In this document: one piece after another, positions 19,638 through 28,903 of the stretch
Layout of the letters: every line of letters starts with the position of its first letter
How positions within the stretch are numbered: the stretch's first letter is position 1
Source: Candidatus Thorarchaeota archaeon
GTDB lineage: Archaea; Asgardarchaeota; Thorarchaeia; Thorarchaeales; Thorarchaeaceae
Length of the DNA stretch: 64,000 nt
NCBI GenBank assembly: GCA_003345545.1
Contig: PRDH01000076.1
Location: forward strand, 37,784 to 101,783
Direction: 5' to 3'
Made by a program: the position numbers and the translations under genes
Notes under the pieces: model-generated
Told to the model about the DNA's origin: nothing
What the model saw: only the letters and a program-made list of their open reading frames with translations
The model's database searches: none

Positions 19638-20039
19638 CTAACTGGGGTAGATTTTCCAGAGAGTATCACATGCGTGGACTACATGGCCGACAAGCGTCTG
19701 AATCTCCTCGCTTGTCAAATCGGTGTCATTTGTTTCTGCAATAACAATGATGTCATCATCTTCATCAATGGCATATTTCACGCCGTTAGCCTTCCACGAC
19801 TCTTTGAGCATGTCATATGCAAGTTTCATCCTCTTGGTTTCTTCGACCTGATAGAAGTTGGTGAATGGCGCAACGATGTATGCCCAGGATTCATCCTTGT
19901 TCGAGATTATCTTGATCTTCAAATCCTCAAAATGCTCGGTCTTCCAATGCATTAACAGGGCACTTTCTTCCTTTTCGTACTTGATTTCAATCTGATCGAG
20001 CAGCGAAGCGATATGTTGAATGATACTCAATGCAAACAC
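19638..20039 (-). CDS. YbjN/T3SS-chaperone-like domain protein
   Basis: Acidic protein of about 130 aa; VKYAIDEDDDI pattern. Confidence 0.55.
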   Translation of the reverse strand: MFALSIIQHIASLLDQIEIKYEKEESALLMHWKTEHFEDLKIKIISNKDESWAYIVAPFTNFYQVEETKRMKLAYDMLKESWKANGVKYAIDEDDDIIVIAETNDTDLTSEEIQTLVGHVVHACDTLWKIYPS

Positions 20040-20114
20040 CCTAGAGGGCGAATTGCTACTGCACCATATTAAGATGTTTCGGGGATGCCTAGAGAGGAAA
20101 CAGACAGTAAATTA

Positions 20115-20148
20115 TATATCGCCTTACATACTATATCGTTATACATAC
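20115..20148. promoter_or_regulatory. Tandem 17-bp repeats upstream of padR, candidate autoregulatory operator
   Basis: TATATCGCCTTACATAC and TATATCGTTATACATAC (14/17 identical), overlapping a TTATATAT TATA-like box. Confidence 0.5.
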
Positions 20149-20181
20149 TAGTCCACATGCTACTGCTGGAGAAGGGGACGC

Positions 20182-20559
20182 ATGGTCGATGAAGAACTAG
20201 AAGCTGGTCCTGAGAGAGAATATGAACTCTGGTCACTCGAAATCAGGAGGGGTGCCCTTTCTCTGGCAATCCTTGCGATCATTCTTGATGGAGAATCTTA
20301 TGGCTATGACATCATGAAGAAGTTGAGCCAAGAGCCGTATGAGAGTCTCCAGATGGAGCCAAGCACCACATATCCACTTCTGAGACGCTTGGAGAAGAGG
20401 GGTATTCTAGAGGGTCGATGGTCGGATGCATCGGGAAAAAGGCGCAGACTCTATTATGTGACAAGGGACGGCAGGAGAATACTAAGAAGGATGGTCAAGT
20501 CATGGCAAAGCCTGAACGACCAACTGACACAACTAGTCATGGAGGCGGGTCTCAAATGA
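20182..20559 (+). CDS. PadR family transcriptional regulator
   Basis: RRGALSLAILAII, YGYDI, YPLLRRLEKRG, RRLYYVTRDG. Confidence 0.92.
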   Translation: MVDEELEAGPEREYELWSLEIRRGALSLAILAIILDGESYGYDIMKKLSQEPYESLQMEPSTTYPLLRRLEKRGILEGRWSDASGKRRRLYYVTRDGRRILRRMVKSWQSLNDQLTQLVMEAGLK

Positions 20560-22436
20560 ACAACGAGGGAGAAACCATCATCGAGGAATACCTCATGCTG
20601 GTCAGAGAGAAGTTGCCAGTCACAATTGCTGATGATGTAATCAACGAGCTTCGTTCGTACATGCAAGAGTCAGCAAGGGATCAGGGTGATGGGCAGATCA
20701 CTGTCCAATCAGCAAAGAAGATAGTAGCGCAATTCGGTGCTCCGGGTGAAGTGGCTGATGAATACAAATACTCAATGCTCCCCGAAACCATCCCTGAAAA
20801 CTTGGATTCATCGGAGGCAAAGAAGGAGCCGTGCGGAATTCCACAACAAGGACTAATGCAGTCAATTCAACCCGAGCTCACGCCGGTTCCTCAGCAGAAC
20901 CCAACGGTTAGTCATTCCTCGTTCTTCATTCGAGCAGTAATTCAATCATGGATTTGGATAGTGATTGTGTCTTTGACTACTCTGCCACTTTTGATTACTC
21001 TGCCAATAGGACCAATGGGGATTTCGTCTTGGATGGTCCTTGTCCCCGTATCTCAAGCCCTCATTGTAACATTTGGATTGCTCTTTCATTCACTCAACCT
21101 TAGGAGAAAAAGGACCATACTCTGGCGAAGGACATATCAAGAATGGTCCGCCCTTCAGAACTTCGTGACATTGCCCGAGCACTCTATACCAGAAGCAGGC
21201 ACTAGTATGCTGAGATTAGATGTTCTCACTTCACTGACTGGAATCATTCTTTTCTTGCCAACTGCCATTCTAGGCAATCAACCTTATTTCCTATTGTTCA
21301 GCGGAGTTCCAGTTTCTTTTCTCTTCGCAGCAAGAATGTACTATGGATTAGAGATAATCCATGATGACCGAGATCCTATCAGAAACTCTTGGAAGCGATT
21401 CGCTGTCAACCTGGCGTTGCTTGTTGTCCTCGAAGCATCAGTCTTCTGGATATTCAACCCGTGGGTGTATGGCGGTTTCCTTGTCTTTAGTATGGCCCCG
21501 ATTCTTTTGACGTTCATTGTATGCTACGGTTCATTGTTGCTCTTCAATGTTGTATCAGGAGCCCAGAATCTTTGGTGGAGGACTCAAGATGAGCCCGAAA
21601 CAATCTCTGCGAAAGAGAAAGGAGTATCTCGGGAGGATAAGGCGGAGCTACTAGCACGTTTGCCTAGCACTATGAAGAGGCTGTACGCAAAGATGATTGG
21701 CTGGATTGTTGTCTATAACCTTCCTCAGGTCTATGTCAGCTTCGAAAATGGATCATACGAGATTTGGTCATTCGATTGGTACAATTGGATTGCTTTGCTC
21801 ATCTTTGGGATGACTATTGCCGGGGCTCTACTTGTGTTCTATTTCCCCTATCGTAGGTTCATGATTAAGAGGCTAGACTCAAGGATGGTTTTTGGACGAC
21901 GAGGACGAGTAGAAGCAGCAGTCGATTCATTCATCAGCGCAATCTTTCTAGCTATGACTTTCACGTTCATACTTGCCAGTGGACTCGACAATATTGCCCT
22001 TTACAGAATCATTGACTATCAGCGACACTTAGGAATGCAATGGGGATTCATCCTGGCAACGATGGAATTGGTTGCATTTTCCCTAGGTGCGATAGCATTG
22101 TTAGTTCGCATCCTTGGTAATGTTCATGAGTTCAGACAAATATGGAAGAAGAGAGCAGTCGGACTGATCGAACAATCAGGTGTTCTCCTGGTTCTCACGC
22201 TAGCTACTTACTCAAGTGCAGAATATCTAAAACTGCAAGTCATTTATGGTTGGTATAGTAATTTCTATGCTTTGTACATGATTTTTCTAGCACTGGTTTT
22301 GTTCCTAGCTTTCCAAATAGGATCTTCATCTTTGAAAGGGGAGATGATGAGGAGGAATGATCAAGACCCAAGAATAAAGTCACTCAAAACGCATAGTGTA
22401 TATATTGGTGCCTCAAACTATGATTCTGAGCCATGA
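20556..22436 (+). CDS. Multi-pass membrane protein with N-terminal HAAS-like domain
   Basis: ATGA overlap with padR; IEEYL..VREKLP...ELRSY...FGAPGEVADEY; many TMs. Confidence 0.75.
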   Translation: MNNEGETIIEEYLMLVREKLPVTIADDVINELRSYMQESARDQGDGQITVQSAKKIVAQFGAPGEVADEYKYSMLPETIPENLDSSEAKKEPCGIPQQGLMQSIQPELTPVPQQNPTVSHSSFFIRAVIQSWIWIVIVSLTTLPLLITLPIGPMGISSWMVLVPVSQALIVTFGLLFHSLNLRRKRTILWRRTYQEWSALQNFVTLPEHSIPEAGTSMLRLDVLTSLTGIILFLPTAILGNQPYFLLFSGVPVSFLFAARMYYGLEIIHDDRDPIRNSWKRFAVNLALLVVLEASVFWIFNPWVYGGFLVFSMAPILLTFIVCYGSLLLFNVVSGAQNLWWRTQDEPETISAKEKGVSREDKAELLARLPSTMKRLYAKMIGWIVVYNLPQVYVSFENGSYEIWSFDWYNWIALLIFGMTIAGALLVFYFPYRRFMIKRLDSRMVFGRRGRVEAAVDSFISAIFLAMTFTFILASGLDNIALYRIIDYQRHLGMQWGFILATMELVAFSLGAIALLVRILGNVHEFRQIWKKRAVGLIEQSGVLLVLTLATYSSAEYLKLQVIYGWYSNFYALYMIFLALVLFLAFQIGSSSLKGEMMRRNDQDPRIKSLKTHSVYIGASNYDSEP

Positions 22437-22590
22437 GATGAGCGCGAGGAATATGGATGGTATTCGCAGCTAGGATTCTAGTCCGACACTGTTGCATACA
22501 CCCACTCATGTTTATTTGGTTTCACGAGTACATATACGCAAGAATCTGGAGACCCGGCTCACTCTCCAGCATAATGAGTGGTCGATAGTC

Positions 22591-23568
22591 ATGCAGGATC
22601 TTGTGGCACTTGCGTCTCTGTTGAGAGAGATTTCATTTGGAGTCTTGATTGCAGGTCTATTCTACACTTTTGGCATGTTCTTCCTGGGGAGAGTGTTTTC
22701 TGCATTCACCGAACACGCTCATGAGGTTGAGCATGACGTAGATCATGATGTTGACCATTCTGTTGAACATGGCGAAACCGAGCATGAAGTGGATCACTCA
22801 GTGGAACACGAAGTGGAACACGACTTTGAGCATGGTGCTGAGCAAGAACTAGACCACGATGTTTCTCACGTAGTTGAGCATGATATCGACCACGGCGGCG
22901 AGCACGAACTAGATCATGATGTTTCGCATGAGGTCGAACATGATATCGACCATGATGTATCACACGAAGCTGAGCATGATGTTGAACATGCCGACCATGG
23001 TGTTGACCATCAGGATATCAGTCAAGATACGGAGCATGTTACCGATCATGATGTTGACATAGACCATGACATAGAGCATGATCATTCGGGTTTCTTCGAA
23101 GCTGAGAGAGGCGCGCCCCTTGGAGTCACTATTGGCACCACTCTAGTCACTTTTGGCTTCTTGGGCTCGGTTATGTACTACGAAGGTATTGCACTTCCTT
23201 TCATCGGAAAGATAATACTCCATGTAGGTGGAACAGCGCTCTTGGTCTGGACTATGCGAACGATTCTGAGTAAATTCTTTGTTGAAACTGGTTTCAACAT
23301 CAAGCCGCGGCATATCGTGGGTCTTGAAGTAGAGGCAGCCAGCACAATTCGAGATGACTTTGGTGAGATACGAGTTCACACTGATATGGGTCTAAGAAGA
23401 TTCAACGCTCGGCCATTCCAGAAGGGAGTAGTCTTCCAGAAAGGAATCTTACTTTACGCTGTTTCTGCGGATGACAAGTTCATCTACGTGGATCCAAGAA
23501 AGGAAGTTGTGAAGTGGGTCCAGAAGCAGAGTCGAAGAAAAGACGAGGAAGAGAAGTCAAAGGAGTAG
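22591..23568 (+). CDS. NfeD/YqiJ-like flotillin partner with a long His/acidic repeat
   Basis: TM, His-rich repeat, 2 TMs, then an OB-fold-like segment (VGLEVEAASTI..DFGEIRV); lies upstream of the flotillin gene. Confidence 0.7.
   Translation: MQDLVALASLLREISFGVLIAGLFYTFGMFFLGRVFSAFTEHAHEVEHDVDHDVDHSVEHGETEHEVDHSVEHEVEHDFEHGAEQELDHDVSHVVEHDIDHGGEHELDHDVSHEVEHDIDHDVSHEAEHDVEHADHGVDHQDISQDTEHVTDHDVDIDHDIEHDHSGFFEAERGAPLGVTIGTTLVTFGFLGSVMYYEGIALPFIGKIILHVGGTALLVWTMRTILSKFFVETGFNIKPRHIVGLEVEAASTIRDDFGEIRVHTDMGLRRFNARPFQKGVVFQKGILLYAVSADDKFIYVDPRKEVVKWVQKQSRRKDEEEKSKE
22714..23085 (+). repeat. Coding tetrapeptide repeat (H-D/E-V/I-D/E)n
   Basis: 30 His in 124 aa, mostly every 4th residue (12-bp period). 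Confidence 0.9.
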
Positions 23569-23590
23569 TTTTCCACCCCTTCCTTTCTAC

Positions 23591-23608
23591 GAGGGTTTAT
23601 AATCCCTC
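23591..23608 (+). promoter_or_regulatory. TATA box embedded in a near-perfect palindrome upstream of the flotillin gene
   Basis: GAGGGTTTATAATCCCTC, 16/18 self-complementary. Confidence 0.4.
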
Positions 23609-23823
23609 AGAACAAATCATAACCAAGTGCGTCTGAGAGCTGCCATCAAACTGCACTGAGAGATGCAGGCAATGGAAGGGTCAAATCAGGGTCACCTCAG
23701 GCTTCGAGCACATGACTGGGGACTCAGGGTGGAGTTGACTGATTCATTCAGCAAATCTCAGTGAGTAAAGAGGGATGTGCCTGAGGATGCTGTTAAGCAC
23801 AGAATCTTGTAGGTAGGACAGAA

Positions 23824-25155
23824 ATGCAAGCCGACATATTTAACTGGTTATCCAGTAACCCGGGACTGGCAATTGGGCTCTTCTTAGTTCTGTTTGTTCT
23901 GTTGATTGGTTTCTACGTGAAGAAATACGTTCGCATCTTCGATCCGAACATCTTCTACGTTCATCTGCGGAAAGGTAAGGCCATCAAGCAAGGGGAAGGA
24001 GGCATGGTCGTCAGAATACCCTTCTTGGACAGGATTCTTGCCGTCGATAGAACTGTTCAGCAACTAAACATCTCAGCGGAATCTGTTCTGTCAAGAGAGA
24101 AGCAGAAGATCAGGCTCAGCACAGTACTTCAATGGCAGGCTGATAATGCCATTGCAACCATAAACAATGTGACTTGGAAGGAGATACCGACAAGACTTAC
24201 CGCAATTATTGAGTCTGTCATACGAACGGCGTGTGCGCAGCTCTCAGTTGAATCGATACTTATGGAGCGACAGCTGATTATTGAAGCTATAAAGAAAGAA
24301 CTCATCGACATTGTAAGCGAATGGGGTCTCAAAATCGTTACTGTCGAGCTGGTTGACGTCGTAGTCGTTAATGAGTCATTCCTCAGAGATATGTCCAAGC
24401 CCAGAGAGGCGGAGATGCATCGCCTTGCGCAGATTGCTCTGATCGAGGCTGACCAGGCAACTGGCACACGCGATATTGAGAGGACCAAGGTTCTCAGGGC
24501 TCAGGAAATCGAACGTGACAGGCTTGTCGGTGTCAAAGAGCAAGAACAGCTTAGAGATATCCAAGAGAATGAGAAGCAGCGTGAGCAGAGTGTCCTTGAG
24601 ATCGAACTACAGAAGGCCCTGATGCAGAAGAAGTATGAGAAACAACAGGCAGAGGTTGAGGCTGCAAAGGACCTAGAGGTTGCAAAGTTGAATGCTGAGG
24701 CCGAAAAGCAGCGCAAGATAAAGGAAGAGGTTGAGGTCCAAGCTCAACGTATTCTCCAAGAGGCCAAAGCAGAGGCCGAGAAAATAAACGTCACTGCAGA
24801 AGCTGAGGCGGGTCAAATCCTCAAGCTCACATCAGCCCAGGCGGAGGGTATAAAGAAGACACTCGCCGCAGCAAAAGACTACTCACCCCAAGCATTTGCG
24901 AGAGACTTTCTCCAGATACTCCCTGAAATCTACAAGCAGATAGAAATCGGCGATGTCACTCTCTTCGGAGGAGCCGGTGCCGCGGGGGCTGAAGGAGCTG
25001 AAGAGGGCGGAGCCGGAGCTGGTGCGTTCCAGGTCTTTGGAAACGTGCTCCTCCCAATGATGCTCATGTCAAGGATGATGGGATTCGATTTCAAGGGGCT
25101 CATGAAGGAAGCTCTTGGCGACATGGCATCTGAAGAGAAGAAGAAGAAGCAGTGA
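23824..25155 (+). CDS. Flotillin/SPFH (band 7) family protein
   Basis: N-terminal TM, SPFH domain (WGLKIVTVEL), long EA-rich coiled coil. Confidence 0.9.
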   Translation: MQADIFNWLSSNPGLAIGLFLVLFVLLIGFYVKKYVRIFDPNIFYVHLRKGKAIKQGEGGMVVRIPFLDRILAVDRTVQQLNISAESVLSREKQKIRLSTVLQWQADNAIATINNVTWKEIPTRLTAIIESVIRTACAQLSVESILMERQLIIEAIKKELIDIVSEWGLKIVTVELVDVVVVNESFLRDMSKPREAEMHRLAQIALIEADQATGTRDIERTKVLRAQEIERDRLVGVKEQEQLRDIQENEKQREQSVLEIELQKALMQKKYEKQQAEVEAAKDLEVAKLNAEAEKQRKIKEEVEVQAQRILQEAKAEAEKINVTAEAEAGQILKLTSAQAEGIKKTLAAAKDYSPQAFARDFLQILPEIYKQIEIGDVTLFGGAGAAGAEGAEEGGAGAGAFQVFGNVLLPMMLMSRMMGFDFKGLMKEALGDMASEEKKKKQ

Positions 25156-25241
25156 AGAAATAGCAAGATGGGATAGAGAGCTCCTAGACCTGCTGAGAAG
25201 GCTAGTCAGGGACACTATCCCCTTCTTTCATCTTCCTGCAC

Positions 25242-25481
25242 TTATTTGAGACGTCTTATGAACCAGATGAGCTTGTCTCCTTCTTCAGCCAGCTCCACTA
25301 TCTCATTACCACTTCTCTCAGCCCAAGCTGGAAAGTCTTTCTTTGTGCCAATATCAGTGGCTATCACTTTCAGTATCTCTCCAACCTTGATTCCTTGGAC
25401 CTCTTTCTTCGTCTTCAATATCGGCATTGGGCATCTAAGCCCACTGGCATCAAATACAGCCGCAACTTGATGATCTGTCAT
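25242..25481 (-). CDS. tusA: TusA/SirA family sulfur carrier
   Basis: DASGLRCPMPILKTKK, LKVIATD, DFPAW. Confidence 0.9.
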   Translation of the reverse strand: MTDHQVAAVFDASGLRCPMPILKTKKEVQGIKVGEILKVIATDIGTKKDFPAWAERSGNEIVELAEEGDKLIWFIRRLK

Positions 25482-25692
25482 AGTTGATCGCCTTCTGCTC
25501 CTCTAACGAACACTTCTTATACGTTTCTCTAGTACACTAATACATATTCAATCTCAGACTTGTTTCTGTGCGGAAACGAACATCGAAACAGAATTTTGGT
25601 TACGTAATAAAACCAATGTCCTGCCGCCGTGTTCCTTTTCCGACATGTTTATCTATTCTTGTTTTAGCTATTGAAACAATAGGTGTATCAAT

Positions 25693-26085
25693 ATGGCACT
25701 TTTTCAACTGATTCTGTTCGTTCTTCTGGCCTTGAACATAAGTGCGATGTTCTCGGGCTTTATGCTCGCTAGAAGAATGGGCTTCTACTTAATGAATCAA
25801 GTCATGGCATTGATGTTTGCGATGATGATTGGCATTGCCTCTTTGCTTGTTGGGCTTTTCTTCCCACCTGTACCTGCAATGTTTGACTATCTTCACATCA
25901 TCATATTGCTGGATTTCATTCTGGTACTAATAGCAACACTCATGCAATTCACTCAGATCCTGCCTGTATTGCTGAAGACAATGCAAGGCGGTCCATTCCA
26001 CAGCTCGCACATGACCAACCTCTTGGTTACGCTGTTTATGCTACTTGGACTCGTCATTTACTACGCTGAAATAGCTGTCATGTAG
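25693..26085 (+). CDS. Small 4-TM membrane protein
   Basis: Hydrophobic 130 aa, AGGTG RBS, ends 14 bp before the dsrE-like gene. Confidence 0.65.
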   Translation: MALFQLILFVLLALNISAMFSGFMLARRMGFYLMNQVMALMFAMMIGIASLLVGLFFPPVPAMFDYLHIIILLDFILVLIATLMQFTQILPVLLKTMQGGPFHSSHMTNLLVTLFMLLGLVIYYAEIAVM

Positions 26086-26099
26086 GAGATGAATACAAG

Positions 26100-26462
26100 A
26101 TGCCTAGTCTATACATTATCGCGCAATGGGGTCCTGAAGCAGCAGAACGATGCTATGGTCCCTTTGTAACTGGTACCACTGCACAGACTCTCGATGTCAA
26201 CGTGACTATCTTCCTCATGATGGATGGTGTCATGCTGATGAAGAAGGGAGCAGCTGAGAAGGTCAAGGCACCAGGATTTCCACCGCTGCCTGAACTCATC
26301 ACTACCTTCCTTGAGGCTGGCGGGAAGATACAGGTCTGCTCGAATTCCGTGCAATTCCGTGGAATCAAAAAGGAAGAACTGAGAGATTCCAGAATCGAAA
26401 TTGCGGGCGCGGCCACTATGGTGGATGATGTGCTAAAGCACGACCGTACAATCGTCTTCTAA
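26100..26462 (+). CDS. DsrE/DsrF family protein
   Basis: VTIFLMMDGV, GGKIQVCSNS..RGI, IAGAAT. Confidence 0.85.
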   Translation: MPSLYIIAQWGPEAAERCYGPFVTGTTAQTLDVNVTIFLMMDGVMLMKKGAAEKVKAPGFPPLPELITTFLEAGGKIQVCSNSVQFRGIKKEELRDSRIEIAGAATMVDDVLKHDRTIVF

Positions 26463-26520
26463 TCATACCTATATGAGAGGTTACTCCTCTCATATTGCTT
26501 CTTTTTCTTCGTCTGTTTCG

Positions 26521-28296
26521 CTAGAGGATGACAGGGTAGCAGCTCTTGGCAGCAAGATTCAGTACTGCATTCTTGATTGCTTCATCGGAGATGAAGCCAG
26601 TGAATTCCTCGCCGCAGATTTTTACAAGAGGCAGCATCGGAAGTCTATGACGGTCAATCCCCAGCGCTGGATCATCCACGTTAAGCTCTTCTACAATTGA
26701 CTTAGAAATGCTAAGCTCGTCAAGAACAACAAGAAGGGCTCGCATCGCAGGTTCACAGAATACGCAATGGTTAGACTTGTAGAACGTGATGCAAGTGTTG
26801 CGTCCACATGGCAGTTTCCGAGCCTCTACCCACATTGGTAGCATCATAACAAACTTGGCACCTTTTGTGTAATCTCCCTCAACTCTGTCCTCGGCACGGA
26901 TCATGCCTCCAAGTCCACGGATAATCTGGTCCACCAGCGTGAGTCCTAGGCCCCTTCCCACAATCTGTTCATCAGGGCTACCTGTTCTCCTGAAAACGAA
27001 TTCTTTGGCATGATTCGGGATACCCGGACCATTATCGAGTACTTCTACTCGTACCATCTTCAAATCATCAATATGCTTGGCATTCACTTCTACGTCCACT
27101 ACTTCTCGCTCATCGAATGACATCGAGTTGTGAATGATGTTGAAGAAGACCTGATGAAGATACTCGTGTCCTACTACTTTGAACTCGTTTCTAGTGATAT
27201 TTGTTTTCAAGGAGAGCTTCTTCCAAGGAAAGTCCTCCTCAACAGCATATTTGGCCATCTGGATATAATCGAACAAATCCACCTCCCCAGCAATGGGAGG
27301 CGATTCCCGAAGATGCATGATCGCACGCATATTAGCTATCATTCGGGCAGACCGCCTGATATGCCAACTCGATTGTTGCATCATGGACTGTATTTCCTTG
27401 GGAGTCGACGGCGCTGACTCCACAAGTCCCAGTGAAAAAAGGAGGCTCTGATTGATATTGTTGAGGTCATGTGTCATCACCTCGAGGTAGAGATTGGCAC
27501 GCTCCCGTTCCGCATACTCCCGCGCTTCAGCTGTTTTTCTTCTTTCAATATCAAGTGCCACTAGGCCTATGCTGGAGGACTCATCGGGGTACTCCAAGAG
27601 ATTCGCTGTCACACTCACCCAAGTCGGCCTACCATCTGAACGCTGCAATTGCATCTCAAAGTTCTCAAGGCTCTTGCCCTGAGCCACCTCGGAGGTGACC
27701 TCACCTACAATTCCTTTTCTCTCTCCATCGAGAATGAACGAGGCAAGGTTTCTGCGTAGAAGTTCATCCTCCTTATAGCCCAGAAGGCGGCATGCCGCTT
27801 TGTTAACTTGGAGAATATTACCTCTCAGACTAAGTGTAATATAGGCAATAGGCGAAGAATCAAAGAGAGCTCTGTACCGGCGTTCTGAGGAGTCAATGGC
27901 TGCCTCTAGCTCCATCTGGCCTGTAATATCCCTGACGAATCCCAGTGTCGCTGGAAGACAAGACAAGATGAAGTTGGATATGCTTATCTCCACATCCAGT
28001 AGACTGCCGTTTTCCTTCATGAGGCATGCGCGAAAACTGGGTTGGTCCAGTTCACTCCACTTTAGTGCCTCTTGCCCTTCCTTGTAATAATGAGCTGTTG
28101 CAGGATCGAGTATGCTGCTCACAGGTTTACCAACAAGCTCCCCATAAACGAAGCCAAGCATTCTGTGCAGAGCAGGATTCGCGAGAACCAACCGGTCTTC
28201 TTGAACTACCATGATGCCATCATTTGCCATCATAACCATGTCTTCGAACTGCTTGTCTTGTTCCTCTTTGCGATTTGTTCTATTGTGCTCCTGCAA
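26521..28296 (-). CDS. PAS-PAS histidine kinase with C-terminal thioredoxin-like (CxxC) domain
   Basis: H-box MTHDLNN, N-box NIIHNS, DNGPGIP, GRGLGL, then FYKSNHCVFCEP. Start set at TTG 28296 after GGTGGTGAG. Confidence 0.85.
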   Translation of the reverse strand: MQEHNRTNRKEEQDKQFEDMVMMANDGIMVVQEDRLVLANPALHRMLGFVYGELVGKPVSSILDPATAHYYKEGQEALKWSELDQPSFRACLMKENGSLLDVEISISNFILSCLPATLGFVRDITGQMELEAAIDSSERRYRALFDSSPIAYITLSLRGNILQVNKAACRLLGYKEDELLRRNLASFILDGERKGIVGEVTSEVAQGKSLENFEMQLQRSDGRPTWVSVTANLLEYPDESSSIGLVALDIERRKTAEAREYAERERANLYLEVMTHDLNNINQSLLFSLGLVESAPSTPKEIQSMMQQSSWHIRRSARMIANMRAIMHLRESPPIAGEVDLFDYIQMAKYAVEEDFPWKKLSLKTNITRNEFKVVGHEYLHQVFFNIIHNSMSFDEREVVDVEVNAKHIDDLKMVRVEVLDNGPGIPNHAKEFVFRRTGSPDEQIVGRGLGLTLVDQIIRGLGGMIRAEDRVEGDYTKGAKFVMMLPMWVEARKLPCGRNTCITFYKSNHCVFCEPAMRALLVVLDELSISKSIVEELNVDDPALGIDRHRLPMLPLVKICGEEFTGFISDEAIKNAVLNLAAKSCYPVIL

Positions 28297-28558
28297 CTTC
28301 TCACCACCTGGACTACGGTGTCCAACCCAAGGTGGAACTAAACAAATGTAGTGTATCAAATGATTCCGTGGAATCATCATCTACTGCGCATTGTTCGATC
28401 CCGGTCAGTCATTGCAGATGCTGGCGTACCTAGATAATACTTCTGCGTTCGAAATCAACAAGGCCTGCATTATAACTCGTTGACAGAAACTACCTATCTT
28501 GCACCAAACAGATAACATTATAACGTTACTACAATTGTTTGAATGTCATTAGAATCTG

Positions 28559-28903
28559 ATGAAACAGATTCAGATGGTGAACGCGGTGAATCAAGGAGTA
28601 CACATTCCTGTGGACTACAAAGAAGATGAGATACGAAACGTCGTTAGAATCTTCAAAGCCTTGGCTGATCCAACCAGACTGAGAGTGGTATCAGCCCTGG
28701 TAAAGGAGAGAAGTGTCTGTGTATCCGACATTGCTGAACTCCTTGGTATGTCGGTTAGCAGGGTGAGTCATCATCTCAGTATTCTTGACAAACTAGGATT
28801 CACTAGGCACAAGCAAGATGGGAAACAAGTATTCTACACGATAAGCGACGATTGCATTGTCGACATATTAGCGAGGGCGCATGAACATGTTAGAGGCAAG
28901 TAA
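28559..28903 (+). CDS. ArsR/SmtB family metal-responsive repressor
   Basis: FKALADPTRLRVV, CVSDIA, VSHHLSIL, GKQVFY. Confidence 0.92.
   Translation: MKQIQMVNAVNQGVHIPVDYKEDEIRNVVRIFKALADPTRLRVVSALVKERSVCVSDIAELLGMSVSRVSHHLSILDKLGFTRHKQDGKQVFYTISDDCIVDILARAHEHVRGK

Noticed and set aside
20418-20555. ORF-track start of the 672-aa membrane protein
   Set aside because: Overlaps padR by about 140 bp; the ATGA-coupled start at 20556 is more plausible
22714-23085. Periodic repeats as a CRISPR array or DNA-level element
   Set aside because: Degenerate 12-bp in-frame coding repeats with synonymous variation and no repeat-spacer structure
25242-26462. TusA or DsrE as additional selenoproteins
   Set aside because: The active-site residues are ordinary Cys codons and both genes end in TAA
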